Source: Bacillota bacterium
GTDB lineage: Bacteria > Bacillota > Clostridia > Christensenellales > UBA1431
DNA length: 61,614 nucleotides
Direction of reading: 5' to 3'
Assembly (NCBI GenBank): GCA_049324235.1
Contig: JBMOLJ010000070.1
Span: forward strand, 1-61,614
The notes under the pieces were generated by a model. That model saw only the letters and a program-made list of their open reading frames with translations. It had not been told where the DNA came from and searched no databases. The number at the start of each line of letters is the position of its first letter. Position 1 is the stretch's first letter. Both the position numbers and the translations under genes were made by a program. Below are positions 60,551 to 61,614 of this stretch, one piece after another.

Positions 60551-61614
60551 TTACCCCGCAAATACGATCCATCTTGAATAGCAAACATTACCACGTTTAA
60601 CGATAAGACAGTATGTACCCGCCTTTTCGGGTGTTTTCTTTGAAATGAGGCTATCAATGTCGGTCGTACAACCGTCATCGGCGTTCAAATCGACCCACAA
60701 TACCTCATCGCCAGCTTTAAGATTCTCAAATTTAAAATCAGGCTCTGAAAGGCTCTTTACAGAGAGCATACCGTTGCGGTTGTTGTTGCCGCGCCAAACA
60801 TATTCGATCGAAGTGTTATCGTCCAATGTCAAATCCACGTCAAGAATATGCTCTGTTCCTTCAGATTTTATGGCGAGCGTCGTCACTTCAGCCCCCGGTG
60901 ATTCTTTAAGCATTGGCGTGTACCGGTAAACATTCCAAATCTCTTTATCCGTTCCCTTCCAAAGGCGAGCATCGAATTTAAAAGTGTCATCTTTCCAACT
61001 GTTTTGAACGATATCATCATGACCGTAAAACTCAATATTTTTGACCCACGTTTTACCTTCCGTAACAAGTATGTATCCATCTGTAATCACGCCCTTTGGA
61101 TTTATTGCATCGGGAATATTTGAAAACGCTTGCTCGGCGGTTCTGTCGTTTGCAAACTTGCATTTTACGTTTTTTTGCATAACCACTCCGTTATCATATC
61201 CGAGTGATCGCCCGTATGCGATAGTATGGCCCATGAACGTGGTGTAATTGAGGCTCCACACGTCGCTGTCAAATGTCTGATACTCTATCCCTTTATCGGT
61301 GAAATAATAAAGCTGGCTCGGGTTTTCCTCGCCGCTAAGAAAATAGCCGCAAATGAGCGCACCATCTTCAAACGGTACAGCAGCGTTGATGTTAAAACGC
61401 AAGGGGGCATTGCGAGCTTCATGATAGTCAGACGAGTTTAGCTCCTTAACAAACTCCTTAGCAATCCGCCCGCTAACTTCGTTTGCCGCATAATCATATA
61501 GTGTTACACTGCCCGAGGTATATGATGCAGGTGCTAGTCCTCCACCTGTCGGCTGAACGGCGCTTGCACTTGGGTTCACAGTTGCAGTCGTTTTACTCTG
61601 GCCAGAAGTTCCGG
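60551..61614 (-). CDS. Hypothetical exported protein, 5'-truncated by window edge
   Basis: Frame open to the window end; Ser/Thr/Pro linker then globular domain. Confidence 0.7.
   Translation of the reverse strand, partial: GTSGQSKTTATVNPSASAVQPTGGGLAPASYTSGSVTLYDYAANEVSGRIAKEFVKELNSSDYHEARNAPLRFNINAAVPFEDGALICGYFLSGEENPSQLYYFTDKGIEYQTFDSDVWSLNYTTFMGHTIAYGRSLGYDNGVVMQKNVKCKFANDRTAEQAFSNIPDAINPKGVITDGYILVTEGKTWVKNIEFYGHDDIVQNSWKDDTFKFDARLWKGTDKEIWNVYRYTPMLKESPGAEVTTLAIKSEGTEHILDVDLTLDDNTSIEYVWRGNNNRNGMLSVKSLSEPDFKFENLKAGDEVLWVDLNADDGCTTDIDSLISKKTPEKAGTYCLIVKRGNVCYSRWIVFAG

Noticed and set aside
1-61614. CRISPR array, rRNA, and the many antisense or overlapping ORFs in the track
   Set aside because: No repeat-spacer periodicity or rRNA signatures; shadow ORFs overlap well-supported genes in GC-rich DNA

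Overview
Chromosomal window from an anaerobic Firmicute (Clostridia-like, by inference). The left ~40 kb is mostly core and metabolic: rnr-smpB-tmRNA, a dhaKLM-ptsI-ptsH operon, a T-box (Phe specifier)-controlled ABC transporter, azlCD and livKHMGF, a radical SAM/DUF4130 repair pair with a LexA-type box, [FeFe]-hydrogenase maturases hydEGF with an aspA-like gene, acyl-CoA dehydratase/activase genes and cysK, interspersed with small deletion scars. The right ~21 kb is accessory. It is a tandem stack of tyrosine-integrase elements delimited by identical 46-bp copies of the 3' half of tRNA-Pro(GGG) at 47981-48026 and 59084-59129; the intact tRNA is not in the window. The stack includes a collapsed prophage remnant keeping a minor-capsid (MuF-like) C-terminal extension plus a coupled small acidic gene (candidate toxin/immunity), and IS256/IS5 remnants. 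A large CARDB lipoprotein gene lies just left of the remnant. An 11-kb island encodes a 2396-aa RHS protein tipped with an Amidase_6-like domain, followed by an ECF sigma/anti-sigma/lipoprotein module, and the next island begins with a stand-alone Amidase_6-like protein. Domain calls are from motif recognition by eye, not database searches.
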